Positions 1-12,700 of a DNA stretch of 64,000 nucleotides are shown piece by piece; the stretch's first letter is position 1, and every line of letters begins with the position of its first letter. Under the pieces are notes generated by a model that was given only the letters and a program-made list of their open reading frames with translations, was not told where the DNA came from and did no database searches. Source of the stretch: Octopus sinensis (lineage: Eukaryota); assembly GCF_006345805.1 (NCBI RefSeq), contig NC_043003.1:3534001-3598000 (forward strand). Direction: 5' to 3'. The translations under genes and the position numbers were made by a program.

Positions 1-530
1 AGAAATCATTTTAGGGAGTGGTGATTAATGGAGATTTGTTAAGATTAATTACTTTCAAGTTTGAGTAAATAAACAACTTAATCTTTCAAGGTGTTTCCTT
101 AAAGTATAGCAAGAATGGTGTTTGAAAATATATTGAATTCTAAGAAAATGATAAGGAGTGCAGGAGATTATGTAAGTGGGGGGTAAAAGTATTAGTGTTA
201 ATAATGCTTTAAAATCTTGGCACAACGCCAGCAATTTTCGAGGGAGGGGGGCAAGTAGATTACATTGACCTCAGTGCTCAGCTGGTATTTATGTTATTGA
301 CCCCGAGAGATTGGAAGGCAAAGTTGACCTTGGCAGAATTTGAACTCAGAACATAAAGATGGTTGAAATGCCGCTAAGCATTTGGCACAATATGCTAAGC
401 ATTCTGGCAGCTCACTGGCTTTGTTAGTGTTAATAATAATAATAATGGTAATAATGAAATGTCAGCAGGCTGTTGACATTGAGAAACTATCAGCTATAAT
501 ACCATGCCAAATGTTTATAATAAACCTTAC

Positions 531-703
531 CTCCCAAACAAATAATCGACCACTTTTAGTGACAGCGGCTTTCTGGGTTCTTCCTGCTGCCACTTGAATG
601 ACTTGGGTGTCACAACTTGGCAGAGTTAATTTCAGTGGTTGTGGAATGCCACCTCCCCAACAATACACACAGCTTGCAGCCTGAGATTTCTCTGAGAGAG
701 TAT
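531..703 (-). CDS. NEK8: NEK8 exon 9, start of RCC1-like domain
   Basis: Acceptor TTTATTAAG|AT (an alternative CAG about 23 nt inside is possible), donor GAG|GTAAGG; encodes [15 protein letters not shown]. Confidence 0.9.
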
Positions 704-3700
704 CTTAATAAACAAACAAACAACTACAACAATCACAAAATATTCAATGTGTCTTTTGACAAATCTATTTTTCAGTTTATTAAAAAAATATTTCTAGAGC
801 AACAATCCCATATCTTCCTGGCCTTTACAGTTGAATCGAAGGAAATTGAACAATGGTCAATGTTCAGAAAAGTACGAAGTAGAAAAGGTTTGTTGACTGA
901 AGAGTGGCTATAGGCGCAGGAGTGGCTGTGTGGTAAGTAGCTTGCTAACCAACCACACGGTTCCGGGCTCAGTCCCACTGCATGGCACCTTGGGCAAGTG
1001 TCTTCTGCTATAGCCCCGGGCCGACCAATGCCTTGTGAGTGGATTTGGTAGACGGAAACTGAAAGAAGCCTGTCGTATATATGTATATATATATATGTGT
1101 GTGTATGTGTTTGTGTATCTGTGTTTGTCCCCCTAGCATTGCTTGACAACCGATGCTGGTGTGTTTACGTCCCCGTCACTTAGCGGTTCGGCAAAAGAGA
1201 CTGATAGAATAAGTACTGGGCTTACAAAGAATAAGTCCCGGGGTCGATTTGCTCGACTAAAAGGCGGTGCTCCAGCATGGCCGCAGTCAAATGACTGAAA
1301 CAAGTAAAAGAGTAACTTAGTTTGATGTCAGGAAGAGAAAATATTTAAGATTAAGGACAGAGTCTTTTGTCAGAGCAAGATAGGAACTCGACTTCCTGTA
1401 TCCCTGACACAACCTTCAAATGTCCGGTTCCAGCAACAGGGTTCTCTCTACTCACTGCAGCTGGAGCATTTTTAATAATTGGATCTCAACATAAGAATAA
1501 CAATGCAAACCTTCCCACGACCAGTCTTGAATAAAACCATTTCATTACTTGTTCTTCGTCTATTCTTCTTCTTAATTGCCAGGATAGCATTAGATAAGTT
1601 GATTGTAATAAATGCAACAATATTGTAAAAATAGATTTATGAAGTTGGGCCTTTATTCAACCCTGGAAAACATCAATACATCTATTTCCTCTCCATTAAC
1701 AATCATTCTGTTAGTGCCCCAGATGAATTGAAATACAGGGAACCAGGGCTTTTATTTCAACAACAACAACAACACAAACAACCTTTAATTGACTCACAAC
1801 GACGAGTGACAACTCTTGATATTCAATAAGGCGATGGTGGTGGTGGTGGTGGTGCTGTGTGTGGTGGTGGTGGCTTTCTTTAGCAATCCTTAGAAATGGT
1901 TGATTGTTTTTAATGATCTAAACATCTTCCAAATATTTATCCTGGCTGATATCACTATTGATGTAACAACACAGTGCGATCAGACAGACAGGCACACACA
2001 CACACACACACACACTCACACACACACACTCACACACACACACATGCACACACACACACACACTCACACACACACACACACTCACACACACACGCACGCA
2101 CGCACACACACATGCAGAGACAAATACACTTAGATACACATTAGCACACGCAGACAGATACACACATACAAGCATATTTTCTCTCAGCCACTCGTCTCTC
2201 TCTCCCCCTCACTCACTCTCTCTCTCTCTCTCTCACTTTCACTCTTCCGCATTGCTTTCCCCCTCCCCTTCTCCATATCTGACATTTCATTTCTCCTCCC
2301 ACTCTCCTCACCCTCACCCTTTGCTTTTTACATTCCCACTTAACCCTCCTAGCCTTCACTCAATCACTCTCACTCATTAAACAAAGTACTCTTTAATCAA
2401 GTATTCTTTAATCAAGTGCATAAACATAAGCAAGACTTCTTTACCAACGGATTAACAAACTGGTGGAATACCTGGGTACTGCCCTCTGCTGTCGGGGTGT
2501 TATTTGTGAATTTGATGTGGGTGGAAAATGAAAATATCTTTCTAGGGCTGCATGTAAAAAAATGATTAAAAACACTCACAAACAATTAACAGAAACGAGC
2601 GTGGTCGATGCCAGTACCACCTGACTGGTCCCTGTGCTGGTGGCACATAAAAGCACCCACTACACTCACGGAGTGGTTGGCATTAGGAAGGGCATCCAGC
2701 TGTAGAAACATTGCCAGATAAGATTGGAGCCTGGTGCAGCCTCCTGGCTCGCCAGTCCTCAGTCAAACCGTCCAACCCATGCCAGCATGGAAAGTGGACG
2801 TTAAACGATTATGATGATGATGATAATGATTTATTTACTGAGTACAGTTTTTTTTGTGTTGGTTTTGGATGAAAAATAACAACAGCAATTACACACCAGG
2901 AAAGACACACTACTGGGGTCTAAGATGATCTAACTGGTGAACAGCAATCTGTAGCTGGTCCAGCACAACTGGAAAATAATCACACTATAGTCATGACGAC
3001 AAAAACCTGTCTTCTAACCGTCATGAGAATGGAGATGTCAAGCAGCTGCCTCTGGAAGCAGCTTTCTCCCATTCTGGAGTTGCTGCCACAAAGCACATCT
3101 TTATATAAGAAAGTTCTAGAAAGTTGAGTAATGTGATGGCTTGACACTGACTGGTCAGTTAATTGGCCGATCATGTGAAACAACAGTGATTTAGCTGTGA
3201 TGTTTACTCGGCTATCCAGCAATTTGGTTTCACATCTGCTACACCTCCATGCTGTACATTGCAGATTCTGTAAGGTACCCCACCTACCAAACTACAACCC
3301 ATCATTTCTGGCTCCTTACCAAAAAAAAAAAAGATCTCCACTAACATTGTGAGAATTCTCCTTTCTTCCTCCAAACATGATGATGATTTTGGAAGCAATT
3401 CTCACACAGATATTCTTTATCTTCGTTATCCACTTCACATTTAATGTTGCAATGCAAATCCTTGAAATCTTTCTCTTTTCATCCCAAATTCATTTCCCAA
3501 CTAAGTCACTGCCCTTACAACGTTCCTTTGATTATCCTCAAATCATGCATTTCACAATAGGTACCTTTTTTCCCAAACTCTTCAATCCCGTTCTCTTTGC
3601 AGGAATATATCCCATTCTTTGGAAATTGATGCAGGCATGGCTGTGTGGTAAGAAGTTTGCTTTCCAGGTTCAGTCCCATTGCATGGCACCTTGGACAAGT

Positions 3701-6700
3701 GCCCTCTAGTATAGCCTTGAGCCAACAAAGACTTGTGAGTGGATTTGGTACATGGAAACTGAAAGAAGCCCATTCATCATCATCATCATCATCATCATCA
3801 TTTAACGTCCGCTTTCCATGCTAGCATGGGTTGGACGGTTCAACTGGGGTCTGGGGAGCCCGAAAGCTGCACCAGTCCAGTCAGATCTGGCAGTGTTTCT
3901 ACAGCTGGATGCCCTTCCTAACGCCAACCACTCCGAGAGTGTAGTGGGTGATTTTATGTGCCACCGACACAGGTGCCAGACGAGGCTGGCAAACGGCCAC
4001 GCTCGGATGGTGTTTTTTATGTGCCACCGACACAGGTGCCAGACGAGGCTGGCAGACGGCCACGCTCGGATGGTGTTTTTTATGTGCCACCGACACAGGT
4101 GCCAGATGAGGCTGGCAAACGGCCACGATCGGATGGTGCTTGTTACGTGCCCACAGCACGGAGGCCAGTCGATGCGGTACTGGCTACGGCCACGTTCGGA
4201 TGGTTTTATTGTGTGCCACGTGCCACCAGCACTGGTACCACAAAGATACAAATTCCATTGATGTTCATCTATTTTGATTTGTTTTGATTTGATTTTCACT
4301 TGCCTCAACAGGTCTTCACAAGTGTCACAAGAAGGAAGGTATGCACAGGTGGACTGACTACGTCCCAGGTAGGGGCCATGGGTTATGGCCTGACTAGTCT
4401 TGCCGGGTCTTCGGATGGTGTTTTTATGTGCCACCGACACAGGTGCCAGATGAGGCTGGCGAACGGCCACGACCGGCATTGTTTATATATATTTATGTGT
4501 GTGCATGTGTGTGTGTGTGTTTGTGTGTTTGTCCGCGCTTGCTGCTTGACAACTGGTGTTGGTGTGTTTACATCCCTGTAACTTAGTGGTTTGGCAAAAG
4601 AGACCGATAGAATAAGTACGAAGCTTAAAACGAAAATAAGGATTGGGTTCAATTCGTTGGACAAAAATTCCTCAAGACGTTGCTCCAGCATGGCTGCAGT
4701 CTAATGATTGAAACAAGTAAAAGGTAATGTGTGCCATTGCCACCACAAAAGGTGCCGCCATCCGATGTTGCCTTTTTATCAATCTGTTACACACACATCT
4801 CTCTAACAGCCCAAGGCTGATGCTGGTGGCTGTCATCAATGAGCTTCTGCAGCATCTTGACAATGATGACAACAACGACACCACCACCACCACCACCACC
4901 ACCACCACCACCACCACCACACCACCACCAACAACAAGTGACAATATCAATATTGCTACAACCCCCCCCACCACCACAATCTCTGCAGATTCCACCATCA
5001 CCATAGCAACTACCACAACAACAACAACAACAACATACATGACCCTCACCGCTACTACTACCACTACTACTACCATACTCTAACCAGTACAGTCACTACC
5101 GTTTCACTAAGAAGCCAACAGGGGGCAGTTATGAAGTCGCTCAATCAAATAGAATGGAAGACGTTATGAGACCTACCTCTGTTTGTGATGTTATTGCCTC
5201 CTCTCACCGACTGCCTGTTCCGTGCTGAAGGCTGAATACTGGACAATGGTCTTTGTACCCTGGTAGAGAGAGACAACACATGGTATTGTTATTGCAGTAG
5301 TTGTTAGACTCAGAGTTGGTGCCACATAAGAAGCACCCAGTACACTCTGTAAAGTGGTTGGCGTTAGGAAGAGCATCCGGCCATAGAAATCCTGCAAGAA
5401 CAGACAAGAGTGCCTGGTGTGGGTCTTGCCCTTACCAGCTCCATTTTGGCAGACCACTAAAATGGGCACCAGAACAGTAGTGAGGCCATTAAGTAGCATG
5501 CAAGACAAGGCTCAGAAGGAAGGGAGAGACGATTGAAGGCACAAGAAAGGGGTCAATGGTGGAAAGTGGTATGGGAAAGGATAATAATGAAAAGAAGAGA
5601 TGGAGTTTAACAGGAAATGGTTCTTGGGAGAGGGGGAGGTAACTGGTAGCTCAAAAGAGAAGATGAAATATGTCCTGATTTAGCTCTCAAAAAGTTATAT
5701 ACTGAAAAACTTTTTCCAAAACTGAATAACTTTTCCCACCTACCATTTTACTGTAGCCAAATTAGGGAATCGTTCACTCTTCTCTGTGAAATGATATAAA
5801 CAACTGAAGGTAATTGAACCTGAGGATTAACTAAACTGTTTTTGTATGTGTTATGAGTTATATAAGACATATAAAGTTTAACTTTGAAACATATGTAGTC
5901 TTTATTTATTTTTTCCGTTCTTTACATTCTGATTTATATTCACAGACTTAGCAATTTTCGTTGCTAAACTGTAAGTTGTATGGTAGCTTATTGAAACCTT
6001 ATTGAAATTTGCATTGACAAAGTATATAACAGAGGACAGTTATTAAACTTTCTTTATCACATACTATCTACTTTTTGTCATCTACCCAAGCTGTGTACAT
6101 GCTTGATGCTTACTAGCTTTCTGTACCAGGATCTTTTCAAATAGCACCACCCTGTAAAAATCATGCCAAAACTAACTTTGCTTGTGCTGGTGTCACGTAG
6201 AAAGCACTGAGCCCACTCTGCGGAGTGGCTGGTGTTCAGGAAGGGCATCCAGCTGTAAAGTCCCTGCCAAAACAAACACAGTAGCCTAGGGTAGTTTTCC
6301 TACGTGGTCAGCTCCTGTGAACCGTCCTACCCGTGCATGCACGGAAGATGGATGTTAGACAATGATGATGATGATGATGATGATACATAGGAACTGCTTC
6401 ACCTTCCCAATCTTTTCCAGGCTACTTTACTCAGTCTGTCCCCTTTTTTCCCCTACAACTACAAAATATCCTTTACTCCCCTCCCAACTTGTGCACCGTC
6501 TCCTCCACATCTCTCTGCTTCCCAGACTCACTACATAAACACTTCACCTGAGCTACGCTGCATCCCTCAGGAAACCTTTGCACCTTATTTTTCACAACAG
6601 ACCTGCAGACATCTTATTGACAGGCATTCAAAAAAAAAAACATCCACTGCATCACTCTCACTCTCACTGGGTGTGGGGCATGCATACTGTCCCCTAGAAC

Positions 6701-9700
6701 TCCCTGCCAGTGAAACCTAAATACCAGTTCACCAATATTCTTTTCTACTCTAGGCACAAGGCCCGAAATTTTTGGGGAAGGGGACAGTCAATTAGATCAA
6801 TCCACAGTACGCAGCTGGTACTTAATTTATCAACTTCTAAAGGATGAAAGGCAAAGTCGACCTCGGTGGAATTTGAACTCAGAATGTAAAGACAGACGAA
6901 GCCAGTTCACCAATATTGCAGTATTGCTAGTGATGATGATGACGATGACAATGATGAAGATGATGATGATGAAATAATGATGATGATGATGATGATAGAA
7001 GTTAACAATCCATAAAACGAACGAAAAGTCTACGAACCTGGTTGATGGGATTTTGCCCCAGTCAGTATAAAGGTAGAGAACATGATTAATAATTCGAGGT
7101 TGGGTGATAATCTGGTTTATGGTTGGTCGTTTGCTAGGATCTCGGTGAAGCATGCTTAGAATGAGTGATCGCAATTCTTCACTGTAAATATCAGGAATTG
7201 GTTCAAAGGTCCCTCCAACGATTTTGATGATCAAAGCTGGAAGATTCTGGGAGAGACGGTAAATAGGTAGATAGACAGATTGATGAATAGGCAAATAAAC
7301 AGATAGATAAATACAGAGGCAGATAAATAGGCAGAGAGACAAACAGACAGACAGAGAAATAGACAGAGAGACAAACAGACAGACAGAGAGACAAGTAGAT
7401 GAATAAATAGGCAGACGATTTGGCCAATAAATAATTAGATAGATACACATATAAAATAAGCAAACAGATAGTGAGGTACATAAGTGGATAGATAGAGAGA
7501 TAGTTAGGCAAATTGAAAAAAGAAAATAGAGAGAAAATAGGCGTAGGAGTGGCTGTGTGGTAAGTAGCTTGCTTACCAACCACATGGTTCCGGGTTCAGT
7601 CCCACTGCGTGGCACCTTGGGCAAGTGTCTTCTGCTATAGCCTCGGGCCGACCAATGCCTTGTGAGTGGATTTGGTAGACGGAAACTGAAAAGAAGCCTG
7701 TCGTATATATGTATATATATATAAGTGTGTGTGCGTGTATGTTTGTGTTTGTCCCCCTAGCATCGCTTGACAACCGATGCTGGTGTGTTTACGTCCCCGT
7801 CACTTAGCGGTTCGGCAAAAGAGACCGATAGAATAAGTACTGGTCTTACAAAGAATAAGTCCCGGAGTCGAGTTGCTCGACTAAAGGCGGTGCTCCAGCA
7901 TGGCCGCAGTCAAATGACTGAAACAAGTAAAAGAGTAAAGAGTAAAGAGAGAGATAAATAGACAGATAGGCAAATAGATAGATAGATAAATAGACACAGA
8001 TAGACAGTAGATCAATAGATAGACAGCTGATGAGTTTGAATAAGGTTGGATGCTGCAAAGAGGAGGGGAAGCTAACATTTCAGGCATGTTCTTCGTCTGA
8101 AAGGAGAACATTTTATCCAACAAATAAACCATTCCAGCCAAGGAATATCAGAGTAAAGCAGAAGACATTTTATGTTGTTTCTCAATTCTTCGATGCCAAA
8201 GATTGTGCCAGTCGTGTATTTTCCTCTCTTTGTTGTCTCAAACTGGAGATTAAAGTGTCCGAAACCATTGGATAATGGATTCATCATCAACAGCATCATT
8301 TAACATCCCAAAAGTTCTTTGATTGAAAGTCGATGCTTTAACAAGATGCTTGCACCTGGCAAATTTCGATTTTGATTTTAGTTCTGTAGCTGAGTTGTCG
8401 AATGCAGGTGCCACAACTGGCACACCTGGTCATGACCCTTGGTGCTCTGTGCGACGATTGATGCAGTGTGAGTTTCTGGAATGATCTATAGTCATGACCA
8501 GTCTTTTGATGGGTCAGTATAATCATCAGCGTGAACCACGTCAATTGATGGTCGCAGTATTTCTCTGACTGACCTGGTTGGCCCTGGCCCCTGATCTGTT
8601 TTGAATTTCTCTGCCCAGCATCCTGTGCACCTTACCGGTGACTAGGTTGACAGTTCTTCCACCAATGATGCTACTTGTATGACACAAACAATCATTTACA
8701 ACTATCCCTCACAAGACTCGGGCTATAGTAGAAGACATTTGCGCCCAAGGTGCCATGCAGTGGGACTGAACCTGAAACCATGTGGTTGGGAAGTGAATTT
8801 GTTTTAACAGAAATGAACAAATGGGAAAGGTTTGGATTTCACAAGGAATCAGTCTTGGAGAAGAGGAATTGTAAAGAAAAACCGTTAATAGAGAGTAGAG
8901 GTTAGTCATTGGTAGAGGTATGTGGCTTGGTGGTTAGGGCACTTGGTTCATGATTGCTAGGTGGTGAGTTCAATTCCTGGCAGCATGTTGGGTCCTTTAG
9001 CAAGACACTTCATTTCACGTTACTCCAGTCCACTCAGCTGGCAAAAATGAGTGGTACCTGTATTTCAAAGGGCCATCCTTGTTACACTCTGTGTCATGCT
9101 GAATCTCCCTGAGAACTACATTAAGGGTACACGTGTCTGTGGAGTGCTCAGCCACTTGCACGTTAATTTTACAAGCAGGCTGTTCCGTTGATTGGATCAA
9201 GAGGATCACTCATTGTAGTGGCCGATGGAGAGCCAGGCCATGAGGGTGGTCATTAGTCTTGTTCCATACACCATTTCTAGAGCCAGGAGAACAAGAACAC
9301 ACCCAGTGGACATTCAGGCAGAAAATAATGTGGGGAGGAACAGGATGTAAAGAACAATGATGGCTACTCTCGTCTGGTATTGGGTGAGGATGCAGTCTGA
9401 GACTCATCTAACTCATGATAGCATGGAAAAATGGATGTAAAATAGTGATGGTGATAAATGATAATGGCAATGATGATGCTGGTGATGGTGATGGTAATGA
9501 TGTGATGACGTGATTATGATGATAATGATGAGGATGATGATGGTGATGGTGAGTAACAATCACCATTTCCTCAAAACAATATCTGACCCAGAAATACAGG
9601 AATCCATCCCTACTCTCAACACAAAAACTTATTTAACAAATTCCATTTCAATTTGTACCTGGCACAATTCGTAAAAAGCACCATCCGTTCATGGCCGTTG

Positions 9701-12700
9701 CCAGCTTCGCCTGGCCCCCGTGCCGGTGGCACGTAAAAAGCACCATCCGTTCGTGGCCATTGCCAGCCTCGCCTGGCCCCCGTGCCGGTGGCACATAAAA
9801 AGCACCATCCTATCGTGGCCGTTTGCCAGACTCGTCTGGCACCTGTGCCAGTGGCACGTAAAAAGCACCCACTACACTCATGGAGTGGTTGGTGTTAGGA
9901 AGGGCATCCAGCCGTAGAAACACTGCCAGATCAAACTGGGCCTGGTGCAGCCTTCTGGCTTCCCAGACCCCGGTTGAACCGTCCAACCCATGCTAGTATG
10001 GAAAGCTAAACGATGATGATGATGATGATGAATCTCCTCGGCCTTTTGGCTAAGATCAAAGTGTAGTATCTGTTCTCATCAGCTTAATATCTGATACGAT
10101 CCCTATTTTGGGCCATCGATACTAAACTGATTTTTAGAACGGGGCGAAGTGTTAGGGGTTTGCTCTGCCTTTGCCACAGGTCGGCCTGGTATTGCGGTGC
10201 TTCCAGAATTTAGCCCATTTCTAACGGCGGTGCACCAGCATGGCCACAGTACTGAGCTGAAACTAGAGAAAAAAATCTATTGTTATTCTATATAAATGGT
10301 CAGGTGAGTGAATCCTAACAAGATGTTGAATAACAAACCAAAGTATCCGGTTCAATCCTCAGCCACTGCTGAAGTGCTTGTGGGGCTAATTGACTCTATT
10401 TATACCTTTTTTTAACCAATTTGTAATGTTTATTTTGTTATAAATGTAAAAGTAAACAACGTGGAAAGAAACTGGGATTAAAGGAGAGGATTAAGAGATG
10501 AATATTAAATGGTCAAGATTAAGAGGTGAAGGTTAAAAGATGAAGGTTGAAAGGTGAAAGGTCAAGAGATGACAGTCGAAAAGAGGTGAAAATCAATTGG
10601 TGCTGACAACCACGGTATTTTCTAATTGTTGAGGTTAACTAAAAATTTGTTACTTACCGATGCCTCGAAGGCTCGTTTCAGAGTAACCATTTCGTAGAGA
10701 ACACAACCAAGAGCCCAGATGTCGCTTTTTTGGTTATATCTTTGTAAATGGTTAAGGAATAACAGAATAGGAAACACGTTTCTGGGTCAGGAACTTTAGG
10801 CCCAGTAAATGCAATAACAACATGACCCCTAACCTTTTTGTAATTCTAGCAGTTATTAGTGGCTGTGTGGTAAGTAGCTTGTTTACCAACCACATGGTTC
10901 TGGGTTCAGTCCCACTGCGTGGCACCTTGGGCAAGTGTCTTCTACTATAGCCTCGGGCCGACCAAAGCCTTGTGAGTGGATTTGATAGACGGAAACTGAA
11001 AGAAGCCCGTCGTATATATGTATATATATATGTGTGTGTGTGTTTGTGTGTCTGTGTTTGTCCCCCTAGCATTGCTTGACAACCGATGCTGGTGTGTTTA
11101 TGTCTCTGTTACTTAGCGGTTCGGCAAAAAGAGACCGATAGAATAAGTACTGGGCTTACAAAGAATAAGTCCCGGGGTCGAGTTGCTCGATTAAAGGCGG
11201 TGCTCCAGCATGGCTGCAGTCAAATGACTGAAACAAGTAAAAGAGAAAGAGAAATTAGTAATTAAGGTGGCATTCTGGCAGAGTCGTTAGCATGTCAGGT
11301 TAAACGCTTAGCAGCAATTCGTTTGTCTTTATGTTCTGCGTCCAAATTCTGCCAAGGGTGACTTTGTCTTTCACCCTTTTGGGGGGGTCAATAAAATAAG
11401 TACCAATTGCATCCATGTAACTGACTTAGCCCCCTCCCCCCGAATTGCTGGCCTTGTGCAAAAATTTGAAACCATTATCAATGATGTACCTGGTCCATGC
11501 ACAGCAGTCAGTGGAACCATGGAGAAGTAGTTTGTTGATGTACCTGGTCCACAGAGCAGTCAACAGTATCATGGGGAGGTACAGTTCACAATTGTATTTA
11601 GTGTCTTGTTAAACTGCACACCACAAGGTCCAGTCTTTGTTGTGATGTGGTGGTTTGTATGCCTCAATGATCCTGAGAGCTATACAAAGGGAGCACAAGG
11701 ACCTGGTAGGTCCTCCCATATTGGACAGGTCAAAGGATAGTGGCCAGACTAATATGGACTGACCCTTCTCAGAAGTAAAAATGGGACAGCACAGAGTTAA
11801 GGACTCTACCTGGAAAAGAAAAGTTAATTACAAAAGCATTGATGACAATTGAAAGCTAAACAAGACCCAGGAGGGGAAGACCTTCCCCCAGGGAAAGACC
11901 CCACAAAAGGAAGTGGCTGAGAGGATGCCCTAAAAACAGGTGAAGGTGGGAGAGTGGAAAAAGCAAAGATCCAACAGGAGAGAAGCAGAGAAGACAATCC
12001 AGAGTTGACACCAGTTGTTGATGTCCTGCGCACCACAGGGAACGAAGGACTTAAGTGATTGAATAAGTTGTTAAATTGCAGAGCTGGGTTAAATCTTGTC
12101 AAGAGATCATCATCATCATCATCGTCGTTTAACATCCGCTTTCCATGCTAGCATGGGTTGGACGGTTCAACTGGGGTCCGGGAAGCTAGAAGGCTGCACC
12201 AGGCCAGTCAGATCTGGCAGTGTTACTACAGCTGGATGCCCTTCCTAACGCCAACCACTCCGAGAGTGTAGTGGGTGATTTTATGTGCCACCGACACAGG
12301 TGCCAGACGAGGCTGGCGAACGGCCACGCTCGGATGGTGCTTTTATGTGCCACTGACACAGGTGCCAGACGCTCGGATGGTGTTTTTTTTTTGAAATCAT
12401 CATCATCATCATTTGTTGTCCATGCTGGCATGGGTTGGATGGTTTGACCAGGGCTGGCAAGCTGGAAGGCTGCACCAGGCTCCAATCTGATCTGGCAGAG
12501 TTTCTATAGTCGGATGCCCTTCCTAATGCCAACCACTCCAAGATTGTAATGGGTGCTTTTATGTGCCACCAGTATGGGTGCCATTTACATAACACTGGTA
12601 TCTGCCAAGACCGCAACTTTACCTGGCTTAATGGGTCTTCTTCTCAAGCATGGCATAATGCCAAAGGTCTTGGTCATTGCTTCTGTGAGGCCCAATATTG

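Noticed and set aside
1510-1572. Alternative NEK8 exon 8 candidate ([12 protein letters not shown]-like)
   Set aside because: Weak acceptor, and its end phase does not fit exon 9; 5177-5259 fits on both sides.
4727-5083. Mucin-like poly-Thr ORF (poly-Val on the other strand)
   Set aside because: Translation of an (ACC/ACA)n microsatellite inside a NEK8 intron; no other gene evidence.
5926-5968. Alternative NEK8 exon 8 candidate ([14 protein letters not shown])
   Set aside because: Poor polypyrimidine tract; needs the secondary exon 9 acceptor.
8040-8660. Non-repetitive-looking stretch with short ORFs in NEK8 intron 6
   Set aside because: No recognisable motif or consistent exon; probably very old LINE debris, but I cannot support a call.
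10032-10219. Functional U2 snRNA gene
   Set aside because: Altered 5' end, insertion beside the branch-pairing region, repeat tail instead of an snRNA promoter upstream, LINE tail instead of a 3' box downstream.
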